Assembly (NCBI GenBank): GCA_964632485.1
Contig: CAZWDO010000001.1
Coordinates: 293,631-357,630 of the forward strand
DNA from: an uncultured bacterium
GTDB taxonomy: Bacteria > JAGOEH01
DNA: 64,000 nt
Reading direction: 5' to 3'
The position numbers and the translations under genes are program-made. Below, piece by piece: positions 18,523 to 29,165 of this stretch. Within the stretch, counting starts at the first letter, position 1, and each line of letters opens with the position of its first letter. The notes beneath the pieces were generated by a model, which did not search any database, was not told the origin of the DNA, and worked only from the letters and a program-made list of their open reading frames with translations.

Positions 18523-20643
18523 TCAATTTTTCAAACCGCGACGTTTCAAGAGCGATTCCACGGAAGGATCGGCGCCGCGGAACTCTTTATAAAGTTTCAT
18601 AGGATCTTCAGTGCCGCCTTTTTCGAGGATGCATTTACGGAAAGCGCTGGCATATTTCTGGTTAAACAGATCGCCACTGGACTTGAATGCGTCAAAGGCG
18701 TCGGCATCCAAAACTTCCGCCCAGATATAGCTGTAGTAACCGGCCGAATAGCCGCCGGAAAAAATATGGTTGAAATAGGGAGTACGGTAGCGGACGATAA
18801 TTTCCGGGATCAAGCCGATTTTATCAAGGGAATTTTTTTCAAATTGATTGACGTCATCGATAGACTGTGATCCGTCATAGGTATGCCAATCTAAATCCAA
18901 TAAAGCGGCCGACAGGTATTCGGTGGTAATAAAACCCTGATTGAATTTAGAAGATTTATTGATTTTATCGATCAGCTCCTGGGGAATCGGCTCGCCGGTT
19001 TGATAATGTTTGGCATAACTTTGCAGGACCTCTGGTTCCAGAGCCCAATTTTCCATGATCTGCGAGGGCAACTCAACAAAATCCCGCGCGACTGCGGTAC
19101 CGGACAAAGTCGGGTACACGCATTTCGATAGCAGCCCATGCAGGCCGTGGCCAAATTCATGGAATAACGTCTCAACCTCGTCAAGCGTCAGCAGCGAAGG
19201 AGTCGAAGCGGTGGGTTTGGTAAAATTACCATTATTGCAGATAATCGGCAACACCGCCAGGCCGTCTTTAACATACTGGTCGCGCAGGTTGTTCATCCAG
19301 GCGCCGCCGCGTTTGCCTTCACGCGGATAATAATCTACATAGAGTATTCCGATCACGCTACTATCCGGATTGATCACCTCATACGTTTTAACATCTGGGT
19401 GATATTTTGGTAAATCTGAGCGTTCCTTAAATTGAATCCCGTAAAGCCTGTTAGCCACCGAAAAAACTCCGTCGATGACATTTTGCAATTGAAAATAGGG
19501 GCGCAATTCCTCTTCCGAAAGATCATATTTGGCCTTTTTCAATTTTTCCGCGTAATACCACCAATCCCAGGGTTCCAGTTTAAAATTACCATCTTCCTTA
19601 TTAATAATATCCTGTAATTCTTTAACTTCCTGTTGGGCTTTGGCCAGAGCGGGCTTCCAGATTTTCAGCAGAAAATCATAAACCGGCTGCGGTTCCTTGG
19701 CCATATTTTCTTCCAGTACATAATGGGCATGGGTTTTGTATCCCAACAGATTGGCGCGTTCCAGACGCAATTTAACAATTTCAGCGGCCAACGCCTTATT
19801 GTCAAGGGAATCATTATAATCGCCCCGCATGATATAGGCCTTGAACAGTTTCTCCCGCAGGCAACGATTATCCGCATAGGTTATAAACGGGATCAGGCTC
19901 GATTTTTGAACCGTGAACACCCATTTGCCGGCTAAACCCCGTTTAGCAGCTTCTTCCGCTGCCGTTTCCTTTGCCATGGCCGGCAATCCGGCCAGATCCT
20001 CTTCGTTTTCTAGGAGCATCTGGTACCGATCGTTTTCAGCAAGGGTATTATCACCGAATTTCAATGTCAATTGCGAAAGCTTTTGATTAATCTCCCGCAA
20101 TTTTTGCTGGTTGATCGAATCAAGGGCCGCGCCCTGGCGGACAAACTGCTTATAATAATAGTCCAACAATTTTTGCTGTTCCAGGTTTAAATCCAGATTA
20201 TCTTTTTGCCCCCAAACCTGTTGGACACGGACAAATAATTTGGGATTCATGCTGATATCATCGGAATGAGTTGAGATTTTTTCGGCAATAACTTTCGCCG
20301 CTTCCTGCATTTCAGGAGTACTCATCGACTCATTCATAGCATAAAAAATATTCTGCACTTCAGCCAGCAAACGACCGCTGTAGGACAAAGCAGCAATTGT
20401 GTTGTCAAAATCCGGCGCGGCCGAATTGCTTACAATCGTTTCAATTTCTTCTTTGTTAAGTCGAATCGCCTCTTCCACTGCCGGCACATAATGCTCAGGT
20501 TTAATCTTATTAAAATCAGGCGCTCCAAAGGGAGTATCACTCTTTACCAACAACGGATTATCTCCTGTTTCGGATTTTGGGGTGGATTTCTGACAGTAAA
20601 CCATCAAACCCAGTACAAGTAACAAAACACAAAAACGCCGCAT
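18523..20643 (-). CDS. dcp: M3-family zinc metallopeptidase (peptidyl-dipeptidase Dcp / oligopeptidase A-like), lipoprotein
   Basis: HEFGH zinc motif (LFHEFGHGLHGLLS); about 700 aa; signal peptide with a Cys lipobox (LMVYC). Confidence 0.88.
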   Translation of the reverse strand: MRRFCVLLLVLGLMVYCQKSTPKSETGDNPLLVKSDTPFGAPDFNKIKPEHYVPAVEEAIRLNKEEIETIVSNSAAPDFDNTIAALSYSGRLLAEVQNIFYAMNESMSTPEMQEAAKVIAEKISTHSDDISMNPKLFVRVQQVWGQKDNLDLNLEQQKLLDYYYKQFVRQGAALDSINQQKLREINQKLSQLTLKFGDNTLAENDRYQMLLENEEDLAGLPAMAKETAAEEAAKRGLAGKWVFTVQKSSLIPFITYADNRCLREKLFKAYIMRGDYNDSLDNKALAAEIVKLRLERANLLGYKTHAHYVLEENMAKEPQPVYDFLLKIWKPALAKAQQEVKELQDIINKEDGNFKLEPWDWWYYAEKLKKAKYDLSEEELRPYFQLQNVIDGVFSVANRLYGIQFKERSDLPKYHPDVKTYEVINPDSSVIGILYVDYYPREGKRGGAWMNNLRDQYVKDGLAVLPIICNNGNFTKPTASTPSLLTLDEVETLFHEFGHGLHGLLSKCVYPTLSGTAVARDFVELPSQIMENWALEPEVLQSYAKHYQTGEPIPQELIDKINKSSKFNQGFITTEYLSAALLDLDWHTYDGSQSIDDVNQFEKNSLDKIGLIPEIIVRYRTPYFNHIFSGGYSAGYYSYIWAEVLDADAFDAFKSSGDLFNQKYASAFRKCILEKGGTEDPMKLYKEFRGADPSVESLLKRRGLKN

Positions 20644-20878
20644 AAGACCTTCCTTCCGGTTAAGTGTATTGATTGCGGGCTTTAAATTTATACCCCGCTA
20701 TGAGAATAAAATTATGTTAACCACAATTCAATATAAAGTCAAATATAATTCCCAAAAAACTACATTTTATAATCTTTTTATTCACGGTCCTTCCCGGAAT
20801 AAAATATCCCGGGAATTTTTAGCCATTATCCGATCGTTTTTCAGACAGCATGTTAATTCCACAGGCAAAAGAGGGCTG

Positions 20879-23800
20879 TTACGAACCGGTTGAGATTTCT
20901 TCACTGCCAACAGCAGATTCAGAATAAATCTGGCTGATCGGTGGGGCATCAGGATTTTCAGAGGGCCGCCAATAAATAAAGCTCGGCCAGAATCGGCTCC
21001 AGAAGGTTCTCAGATCATCCAGATAGGTGTAAAAAACCGGTACGGCAAATAAAGTCATCAGTGTTGAACTGATCAACCCGCCGATCATTGTAATTCCCAT
21101 AGGAGAATACGGAATACCAATCAGAGAGGTATTTCCGACCGCCATGGGGAAAAGTCCGCAAATCGTCGTCATGGCCGTCATCATGATCGGACGCAGACGA
21201 TGCGCGCCCGCTTCAATGATCGCCTCATCGCGCGAGTAGCCCATATTCCGAAACTGATTAATCATGTCTATCAACACAATGGCGTTGTTGACCACCACAC
21301 CGATCAGAACGACCAAACCGATACCGGCCATTATTTCAAACGTGGTTCCCGAGAGGTAAAGCAACCAAAACGATCCGGTGAACGCCGCCGGAATGGAAAT
21401 CAGTACGGAAACGGGCAGTATAAAAGACTCGAAGAGCACGCCCATGATAATAAACACAAAAACCACCGAGAGCAGCAATGCCAGGTTCAGCGCGTTATCC
21501 TGCTCTTCCATCCGCCGGAAGCGTTGTCCCTGTTCATAAGAATAGCCAGTCGGGAAATTATAATTGCTGATAATTTTTTCAATTCGCCCCGATATTCGTT
21601 CCAAATCGTCGGAATCGACGAAAATTGTCAGTTCCATGAACGATTTTCCGTTTTCCCGGCGAATATTCCCCACTCCCCGATGAAAAGTCAAATCGGCAAT
21701 TGAGGAGATAGTCGTTTCCTTGTTATCTTCGGTCTGCAGGAAAAAATTTTCCAGTTGAGCGACAGATTGCCGCTGGTCAGAATCGGATTTCAGGTAAATA
21801 TCGATCTCTTTTTCGGCGGTTTTGAAATTGGATATTTTGCGTCCCCGCAGATAAAATGACAGATATTGACTCAAATAAGAGGGATTAATGCCAACGGCAT
21901 ACGATTTTTCCCGGTCCATTCTAATGTGGATTTCCTCATTGCCGATTTCGGTTTCCGTATCCACGCCTAATACGCCATCTACCAGCCGCAGTTGTTTTTC
22001 CAGATCATCGCAAAGTTCCGTCAAGACGTTGGTATCATACCCACGCAGGGTATAAGTCACCGATTTGTTCATTCCTGAAGGATCTTCACGCCATGATGTA
22101 CGAATGCGGATACCGGGAATGACCGGCAACGAATTCTTGATATTTTGGCCCAGCTCTTCCCGGCTGAGTTTTTTGCGGGGAAGAAGATTGAGTTTTTCCT
22201 TGATTTTTCGCAAAACCGTATGATACCATTGCGTTTCTTTACTGGGCTTGAGATAAACTTCAATCATCCCACGTTGCCCCCAGGTCCGTGTTGTAATATG
22301 ATCGACGCCATAGATAGAGTCGCGTTCCCAGATTTTTTTCGAGTAAAAATTAAGCACGCTATCCGCGCGTTCCGCCGAAAAATTGGGTGGAAAATTCACT
22401 CGTAAGCGGGCATCAGTGGGACCTCCCTCAGCCGAATCGCTTTTTTTCATTTTCTGAAAGGGGATTACCTGACTGCCGATCATTACCAGGATAATCAAAA
22501 CCATATCGGTACGATGATACAAAATTTTACCGAGGGAGAATTGATACTTTTTGATCAGTTTATCAACAAAAGGATGTTTAACTGTATTAGCGGCAGGGCC
22601 GTGTATAATTGTAGTCCCCAGAGGAATCAGCACGAGAGCGATCAGCAGACTGGCTAAAAGGGCGATTATTACCGGCATCCCAATGCGCAACAAATAAAAA
22701 GTTAATTCTGAATCCCCGCCCATGAACATCATGGGAACGAAGACCACAACCGTGGTCAGGGTTGACATGATAATCGCCAGTCCTACTTCCGACGCGCCAT
22801 GGATTGCGGCCCGTTTTCGTTCATAGCCCATGTTGTTGAAGCGATAGATATTTTCAGTGATAACAATGGAATTATCGACGACCATGCCGATTGAAATCAT
22901 CAGCCCGGTCAATGTGAACAGGTTTAAAGTCCATCCCATAAAATACATAGTAAGAATCGTAACCATGAGACAAAGAGGAATGGCCATTGTAATGATGCTG
23001 GTTGATCCTAAGCGTTTAAAAAACATCAGCAGCACCAAAAAGGCAAAAAAACCGCCCCAGATACCGGTCATCTGGACATTAAAAATAGAATCGCGGATGA
23101 TATTGCCCTGGGAGAAAAACAGAATGTACTTATACCCGGCAAGCTCCTTGCGATTTTTAAATTGTTCGATAAGGGTCTGATCCAGCAACTGGCATACTTC
23201 CACCGTATTGGCCTGGCTCTCTTTAAAAATGCCGATACCGGTGGCGATCTGGCCATCAATCCGCCAAATACTGCGCTGTTCATCGTCCACATCAAAAATC
23301 ACACGGGCCACATCTTTAATCCGTATATTGTCCTGTATCTCCATTTCTTCAATTTCCCGGATATCACGAAACCGCGAATCAACGCGCAACAACAATTTTT
23401 GCTCCCCTTCATACACATATCCGCTGGATAACCCAAAGTTATCTTTCCGTAATTTGGATACCAGGATCGGCAGACTTACTCGATGCGCTTTAATTTTATT
23501 ATTATCCAAAATAATCTGGATATATTTCTCCTTCATACCCCAAAGCTCGACATTAGCGACGCCTTTCAGGCGTTCCACCGGTTCTTTGATATACTTTTCA
23601 ATGGTATGATTGGGGTCAGAATCCTCTTCGGGAAAAACCACTCCAAAGTACAAAATCGGTTCATCATTTTCACGATAGCGATGAATGTAGAAATACTCGA
23701 TTTCGTCCGGAAGTTCGGGCCGGGCGCGTTCCAGCCGATCGGTCACCTGGGCGTAAGCGACGTCCATATTGGTTCCCTGGGCGAACTCAAGCCAGAACCA

Positions 23801-24094
23801 GCAACCGCGAGTTTGGGAATTACTGTGGACCCGGCGCAGGTCTTTAACGGTTTTCAGATTCCCTTCCAAGGGCTTAACGATCTGCTCTTCTATTTCCTTG
23901 GGATTGGCATCGGGGTAGGGAACCCAGACGCCTAAATTCGGGAAATTGAGGCCTTCGGGGAAAAGATCGACTTTGATGCGCATATAGGCAATCATACCAA
24001 TCACCAGAATTGCAAAAAGAATCATGCTGACGGTTACCGGACGGCGAATCGAAAACCGCGGCAATAACCGTTCTTGTATTTTAGGTTCAGTCAT
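20879..24094 (-). CDS. RND efflux transporter, inner-membrane pump subunit (AcrB/MdtC-like), 1071 aa
   Basis: 12-TM plus two large periplasmic loop architecture; N-terminus PVTVSMILFAILVIGMIAYMRIKVDLFPE typical of the HAE1 family. Confidence 0.9.
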   Translation of the reverse strand: MTEPKIQERLLPRFSIRRPVTVSMILFAILVIGMIAYMRIKVDLFPEGLNFPNLGVWVPYPDANPKEIEEQIVKPLEGNLKTVKDLRRVHSNSQTRGCWFWLEFAQGTNMDVAYAQVTDRLERARPELPDEIEYFYIHRYRENDEPILYFGVVFPEEDSDPNHTIEKYIKEPVERLKGVANVELWGMKEKYIQIILDNNKIKAHRVSLPILVSKLRKDNFGLSSGYVYEGEQKLLLRVDSRFRDIREIEEMEIQDNIRIKDVARVIFDVDDEQRSIWRIDGQIATGIGIFKESQANTVEVCQLLDQTLIEQFKNRKELAGYKYILFFSQGNIIRDSIFNVQMTGIWGGFFAFLVLLMFFKRLGSTSIITMAIPLCLMVTILTMYFMGWTLNLFTLTGLMISIGMVVDNSIVITENIYRFNNMGYERKRAAIHGASEVGLAIIMSTLTTVVVFVPMMFMGGDSELTFYLLRIGMPVIIALLASLLIALVLIPLGTTIIHGPAANTVKHPFVDKLIKKYQFSLGKILYHRTDMVLIILVMIGSQVIPFQKMKKSDSAEGGPTDARLRVNFPPNFSAERADSVLNFYSKKIWERDSIYGVDHITTRTWGQRGMIEVYLKPSKETQWYHTVLRKIKEKLNLLPRKKLSREELGQNIKNSLPVIPGIRIRTSWREDPSGMNKSVTYTLRGYDTNVLTELCDDLEKQLRLVDGVLGVDTETEIGNEEIHIRMDREKSYAVGINPSYLSQYLSFYLRGRKISNFKTAEKEIDIYLKSDSDQRQSVAQLENFFLQTEDNKETTISSIADLTFHRGVGNIRRENGKSFMELTIFVDSDDLERISGRIEKIISNYNFPTGYSYEQGQRFRRMEEQDNALNLALLLSVVFVFIIMGVLFESFILPVSVLISIPAAFTGSFWLLYLSGTTFEIMAGIGLVVLIGVVVNNAIVLIDMINQFRNMGYSRDEAIIEAGAHRLRPIMMTAMTTICGLFPMAVGNTSLIGIPYSPMGITMIGGLISSTLMTLFAVPVFYTYLDDLRTFWSRFWPSFIYWRPSENPDAPPISQIYSESAVGSEEISTGS

Positions 24095-24114
24095 AAATAC
24101 CTCCCCCCCTGGCT

Positions 24115-27100
24115 CTAACGGCTAAACCGATTATAGATCAAGGGGATAAAAACCAGGGTTAGGAAAGTTGCGCTGAGAAGTCCCGCCATAATCGTAATCG
24201 CCATCGGAGTGCGAATCTCAGCGCCTTCTCCCAAGCCCAGGGCCATCGGCAGCAAACCCAAAACGGTCGTGGAAGTGGTGATCAGAATGGGTCTCAAACG
24301 CACTTTGGCCGCTTCACGGATCGCTTCGATCTTTTCCTTCCCGCGGCTTCGCAACAAATTAATATAATCAATCAAAACGATGGCGTTGTTGACCACAATC
24401 CCGGCCAACGTGATCATCCCGATATAAACAGTCACACTCAAAGGCATTCCAAGACTGAATAACACCCAAAACACACCGATCAAACCCAGCGGGATAGTAA
24501 ACAGAATTAAAAAAGGGTGTAAAAATGATTCAAATTGAGAAGCCATGACGATATAGACCAGGAAAACTGCCAGTATCAAGGCCATAATCATACTTCGCAT
24601 TGAGACTTCCATCTCTTTGTTCTGACCCAGGAACTCATAGCTGAAATCGGCGGGCCAGGAATTTCCCTCTTCATAATTCTGAAAAACGCGATAAATCTGC
24701 TCCACCGCTTCATTTAATTTTATATCCGTGATATTGGCCGTAATCACTCCCGATCGTTCCTGGTTGATACGCCTAATTTCATTAGGACCCGTCATAATGC
24801 GGACATCGGCCACAGAAGCCAGCGAAATGGCTACCGCGCCGCCCGGATTAACAATGATATTCGGAATATGCGAGGCTTTCTGCCGCTGCTCGTCTTTAAG
24901 GTAAACCCGCATATCAATGCGCCGGTCCTCTTCTTTAAATTTTGTCGCCACATAGCCTTCAATTTTATTCTTTACAAGCCGAGCAACGTCATAAGCATTC
25001 AGCCCATAGTGCGCCAATCGGTTACGATCAAAAATAATCGTGACTTCCGGGTACCCGGGTTTAATGGAACTCTGCACATCGTTGATTCCCGGCATCTCGG
25101 ACAAATCCGTCGCTATGCGTTGAGACCACTCGCTCAATTTTTCAAGATTATATCCTTTAATTACAACTTCTATAGGTGCTTTGAAACTAAAAAGCACCGG
25201 ACGACTGATCTGCGGATCGACATCGGTGATATTCGATAAAATGGCGCGAATCTGCTCAATTGTTTTCTCTTCGATCCGGGTAAGCGAACCCTGTTTTTTT
25301 ACATTAACCGTAATTCGACCGATATGTTCTCCTATTTCACCCCCCGTCAGGTCCTCTTTGGTGATGCCGGCATAATAGCTGGTATTGGTGACCGTTGGCA
25401 GAGAATCAATCAATGCAGAAATCGCAGTAAGCGACCGATCGGTTTTTTCGACAGGGGTTCCCACAGGGAACGCAATATTAACATAAAATGTTCCCTGGTG
25501 GAGTTCCGGAATTAACTCACTGCCAATCTGAGGGACAATTGCGAAGAGAGTGAACAAGAAAAACAAGGCGACTCCGACAATAACAGCCAATTCATGACGA
25601 AGCGAACGTTGCAGCAAATGACCGAAAAACTGATAGATCCGTTCCAGCAATTTTGAAAAGCCCTTCACAAGCAACTGGATAAGTGGAGAAAGCCAGCTCA
25701 GCAATATCAAACCCAGGGCTTTGAAGAAAACCAGGGTCATAGAAAAAATCCCCATGCCGGTGCGGGATAATAAATAAGCGATACTTTCCACCAGAAATCG
25801 AATCAAATAATAAGGCCATGTCAATAGGCGGGTTATAAAAAATTTACGACTGTCAATGCCTGTAATAAAATGAAAAATAGGGAAAAAAATCAGAAAATTT
25901 TCCCATAAAACAGGTATTTTCTTCTGCATTTTTTCACTCAGGTGATATAAAAAAGGTATAAAATTTGAGCTGAAAGCAAAAAACGAAATAAAGGGATAAA
26001 CAACCACAAAAATCAAAGATAAGAAGAATAAAACAAAAGCGGAGATAATAGCAAGGAAAAACATGGCGATATAATATAGCATCTGGGGAATAAGCATTAA
26101 AAAAGAACGAAGGGCGGGTTGTTTTTCAAATGTAAAAGTAAACGAAACCAGATGAGCCACCCGGAGGGGATTGATTTGACGGGAAGCCAGCATAGGAATG
26201 AAGTATAAGGCAACCAGCAGAGAGGCAAGCAGAGAAAAGACAACCGTCAACGCAAGGTCTCCGAAAATCTGGCCGGCGATCCCTTCGACAAAGACAATTG
26301 GAAAAAAAACCGCAACAGTTGTCAACGTCGAAGCGACAACAGGGCCCCCGACCTCCGACACTCCGTGAATCGCTGAATCCACCCAGGAGTCGCCTTCTTC
26401 CCGGCAGCGGAATATGCTCTCCATCACAACAATTGAGTTATCAACGAGCATCCCGATACCCAGCGCCAGACCGCCTAAAGACATGATATTCAGACTGACA
26501 TCAAACATTCGCAACGGGGCAAAAGTCGCCACTATGGAAAGAGGGATCGAAATGGCCACAATCAATGTAGTTCCGATATGTTGTAGGAAAAGATACAAAA
26601 TAATGATCGCCAGAATACCGCCCAAAATAGCCGTATTCTTGACCTCATCAATGGAGTTTTGAATAAAAATAGATTGATCGGCCAGAATTTGAAACCGTTC
26701 CAGATTTCCCTTTAGTTTATAAGAGAGGAATTGAGTCATACTTTTTTCCATCAACGCTTCCCTGGGAGAAGCCGCGGCGCGCGACCCCCGATTTTCCAGC
26801 ATTTTTACAAATTGCTGTTGCTGAGGCGTACCGAAAATGCGCGTTTTCACATCGTTACAAACCGCTACAATATTAGCGTCGGCTTCCTTGTAAATATCAA
26901 TTTCGATACTCTCGCGGCCATTAACGCGAGTGATCACTTTCCGTTCCTTATGGCTCAGCTCCACTGCGGCAATATCGCGCAACCGTACGGGCACGCCGTT
27001 CAGATCGCGAATAATAATCTGGCGGATTTCGTCCAACGATTCAAACTCATTCAGAGTCCGGACAATATACTCGGTTTCGCCTTCCCTGATATTACCGCCG

Positions 27101-27744
27101 GCCAGGTTGATATTCTCCTGCATCAGCCGATTGGTAATTTCATCATAGCGAATACCCGCGGACAACAATTGTTTTTCATCCAGTTTAATTAAAATCTCTT
27201 TTTCCAATCCGCCTTTTACTTTAGCGGCAGCGACACCCGGGATTGTTTCCAGCTCACGCGCCACTTCATCCTCAACGATCTGACGCGCCTCTTCCAATGG
27301 AATAGCGACTGTAATTCCCAGACGAAGCACCGGATCCAACGAAGGATCATACCGTAGAATCATCGGGCGTTCCACCTCCCGGTCCAGAAAAACCTGGTCC
27401 AGCCGTTCGCGGATTTCCTGCGAGGCCTGATCAAGATTGACATCCCACGTAAACTCCAAAATCACATCCGATTGTTCCGGCCGAGAAATCGAAGTAATGG
27501 AAACCATATTTTTTATTAATCCCAACTGCTCTTCAATGGGACGGGAAACAACGTTTTCAACTTCCTCCGGAGCAGCGCCCGGATACTCGGTTCGTATCGT
27601 AAAAGACGGGTAGGCGATCTCAGGCATTAAATTCAATGATAACTGCTGGTAACTAATTAGTCCAAAAACAGTGACTGCCAGCACGACCATCAGGATAGCC
27701 ACCGGTCGTTGGGTGGTAAAGGCAAATTTTGATTGATTATTCAT
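24115..27744 (-). CDS. RND efflux transporter pump subunit (MdtB-like), 1209 aa with an extra ~170-200 aa hydrophobic insertion between TM6 and TM7
   Basis: HAE1 motifs at both halves. A block HLVSFTFTF...LFFLFTLFAIV, with several additional predicted helices, is inserted at the central cytoplasmic linker. Confidence 0.88.
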   Translation of the reverse strand: MNNQSKFAFTTQRPVAILMVVLAVTVFGLISYQQLSLNLMPEIAYPSFTIRTEYPGAAPEEVENVVSRPIEEQLGLIKNMVSITSISRPEQSDVILEFTWDVNLDQASQEIRERLDQVFLDREVERPMILRYDPSLDPVLRLGITVAIPLEEARQIVEDEVARELETIPGVAAAKVKGGLEKEILIKLDEKQLLSAGIRYDEITNRLMQENINLAGGNIREGETEYIVRTLNEFESLDEIRQIIIRDLNGVPVRLRDIAAVELSHKERKVITRVNGRESIEIDIYKEADANIVAVCNDVKTRIFGTPQQQQFVKMLENRGSRAAASPREALMEKSMTQFLSYKLKGNLERFQILADQSIFIQNSIDEVKNTAILGGILAIIILYLFLQHIGTTLIVAISIPLSIVATFAPLRMFDVSLNIMSLGGLALGIGMLVDNSIVVMESIFRCREEGDSWVDSAIHGVSEVGGPVVASTLTTVAVFFPIVFVEGIAGQIFGDLALTVVFSLLASLLVALYFIPMLASRQINPLRVAHLVSFTFTFEKQPALRSFLMLIPQMLYYIAMFFLAIISAFVLFFLSLIFVVVYPFISFFAFSSNFIPFLYHLSEKMQKKIPVLWENFLIFFPIFHFITGIDSRKFFITRLLTWPYYLIRFLVESIAYLLSRTGMGIFSMTLVFFKALGLILLSWLSPLIQLLVKGFSKLLERIYQFFGHLLQRSLRHELAVIVGVALFFLFTLFAIVPQIGSELIPELHQGTFYVNIAFPVGTPVEKTDRSLTAISALIDSLPTVTNTSYYAGITKEDLTGGEIGEHIGRITVNVKKQGSLTRIEEKTIEQIRAILSNITDVDPQISRPVLFSFKAPIEVVIKGYNLEKLSEWSQRIATDLSEMPGINDVQSSIKPGYPEVTIIFDRNRLAHYGLNAYDVARLVKNKIEGYVATKFKEEDRRIDMRVYLKDEQRQKASHIPNIIVNPGGAVAISLASVADVRIMTGPNEIRRINQERSGVITANITDIKLNEAVEQIYRVFQNYEEGNSWPADFSYEFLGQNKEMEVSMRSMIMALILAVFLVYIVMASQFESFLHPFLILFTIPLGLIGVFWVLFSLGMPLSVTVYIGMITLAGIVVNNAIVLIDYINLLRSRGKEKIEAIREAAKVRLRPILITTSTTVLGLLPMALGLGEGAEIRTPMAITIMAGLLSATFLTLVFIPLIYNRFSR

Positions 27745-27763
27745 ATTTTTTACCCATCCAGCC

Positions 27764-28834
27764 TTATTCAGTCTCGATAATTTTTACCAGAATATCCGAC
27801 TTCAACGAACTTTTGCCGGCGGATACAATTCGGTCATCCAGTGTAATCCCGCTCGTGATTTCAGCTTGACGGCCATCATCAAACCCGATTGTAATCTCTT
27901 TTTTCTGAGCATGATTGTTTTCATCCAACACAAATAAGAAGATTTTTTTACCGTCATAAATTAAGGCGTCCTTGGTCAGTAAAATCACATTTTCATGGAC
28001 ATCGCGAATGATTTGGACATTGACAAACTGCCCCACTGCCAAGCGATTAGTGGGGTCGTCAATGCCAATCGTGGTTTTAAAAGTTCCGCTTTGCGGATCA
28101 ATGGCGGGGGATAATCGTTTGACCCGGGCCGCGTACTGATGGTCGCCGGCCAAAATCCAACCCTTCTGGTTCAAATAAATAGCGGAACGCTCCTGCTGGG
28201 GAACATGGACAACCGCGATTTTATCGCGATTTTCCACTACAGTGAATGTATGCTGGCTGGTGGATATTTTGTTACCCTCTTTAATTAAGCGCTGGGTGAC
28301 AACCCCTTCGATGGGAGTAACTACCCGCGTGTATGATAACATCAATTTCATCTGCTCCCATTCCAACCGGTTTTTTTCTAAATTCAGCTTGACCCGCTCC
28401 ATCTCTTCCTGGCTGATCAGACTCTTTTCGAACATCCTCTGTTGGCGATCATACTCATTTTTTTGCTGATCATAGTTCAGCCGGGCCTTAGCCTCATTGA
28501 TCGAGGCTTCACGATCATCCAGGCGAGCCAGTTCCTGGCCCTTCACGACAGTTTGTCCTTCATCGGCAAAAATCTGAGTGATAATGCCGGAAGTCATCGG
28601 ATAGACCTGTACAACCCGCTCCGCATCGATATTACTGCTATATAACAAAAAAGAGGAGATATTCCCACGGACTGCCCGAACAATTTGCACCGGAATAGCA
28701 TCGGCCAGACTGTCCGGTTGGTTCAGACTGTCTTTTTCACCATTCTTAAGTTTTGATGCCTCTCCCGACTTGCTTTGCCCGCAACCTAAGACGAAAATAC
28801 ACATAGATATTATTACAAACAACAAACGATACAT
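27764..28834 (-). CDS. RND efflux periplasmic adaptor subunit (HlyD/MFP family), lipoprotein
   Basis: Lipobox LGC after the start MYRLLFVIIS (ATG at 28834 with a GGAG Shine-Dalgarno site). Coiled-coil hairpin and beta-barrel domain layout. Confidence 0.85.
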   Translation of the reverse strand: MYRLLFVIISMCIFVLGCGQSKSGEASKLKNGEKDSLNQPDSLADAIPVQIVRAVRGNISSFLLYSSNIDAERVVQVYPMTSGIITQIFADEGQTVVKGQELARLDDREASINEAKARLNYDQQKNEYDRQQRMFEKSLISQEEMERVKLNLEKNRLEWEQMKLMLSYTRVVTPIEGVVTQRLIKEGNKISTSQHTFTVVENRDKIAVVHVPQQERSAIYLNQKGWILAGDHQYAARVKRLSPAIDPQSGTFKTTIGIDDPTNRLAVGQFVNVQIIRDVHENVILLTKDALIYDGKKIFLFVLDENNHAQKKEITIGFDDGRQAEITSGITLDDRIVSAGKSSLKSDILVKIIETE

Positions 28835-29165
28835 AAATCGCTCCGATCCGGTTTCATGTGAATTCTTATGAAAGATCATACAAAAAAACATTCCTTATTC
28901 AATAATATAATATACGCCTGAGGAAATGAAAAGTTTATTTTTTTTTTCAAGAAAACTATTGAATTCAAAAAAAAAAATACTATATTAGATAAAGCCGTAG
29001 CAATAGATTCGGCTCTACCGGCAATATTCAAGCTATAGTATGAGATAATAATCGGGATTGATACTCGCAAAGCAATCCCCCTGCCTCGCTCAGGAGGAAC
29101 AGCTTGACTTGCTCATTGAACTGCCGGAGACTTATAGAGGAGAACGATTTAACAAGGATAATTGA

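Noticed and set aside
21200-27192. Multiple 60-170 aa ORFs inside and antisense to the two RND pump genes (e.g. 21200..21703, 26731..27192)
   Set aside because: They lie entirely within long, well-supported RND coding sequences on the opposite strand; typical antisense noise.
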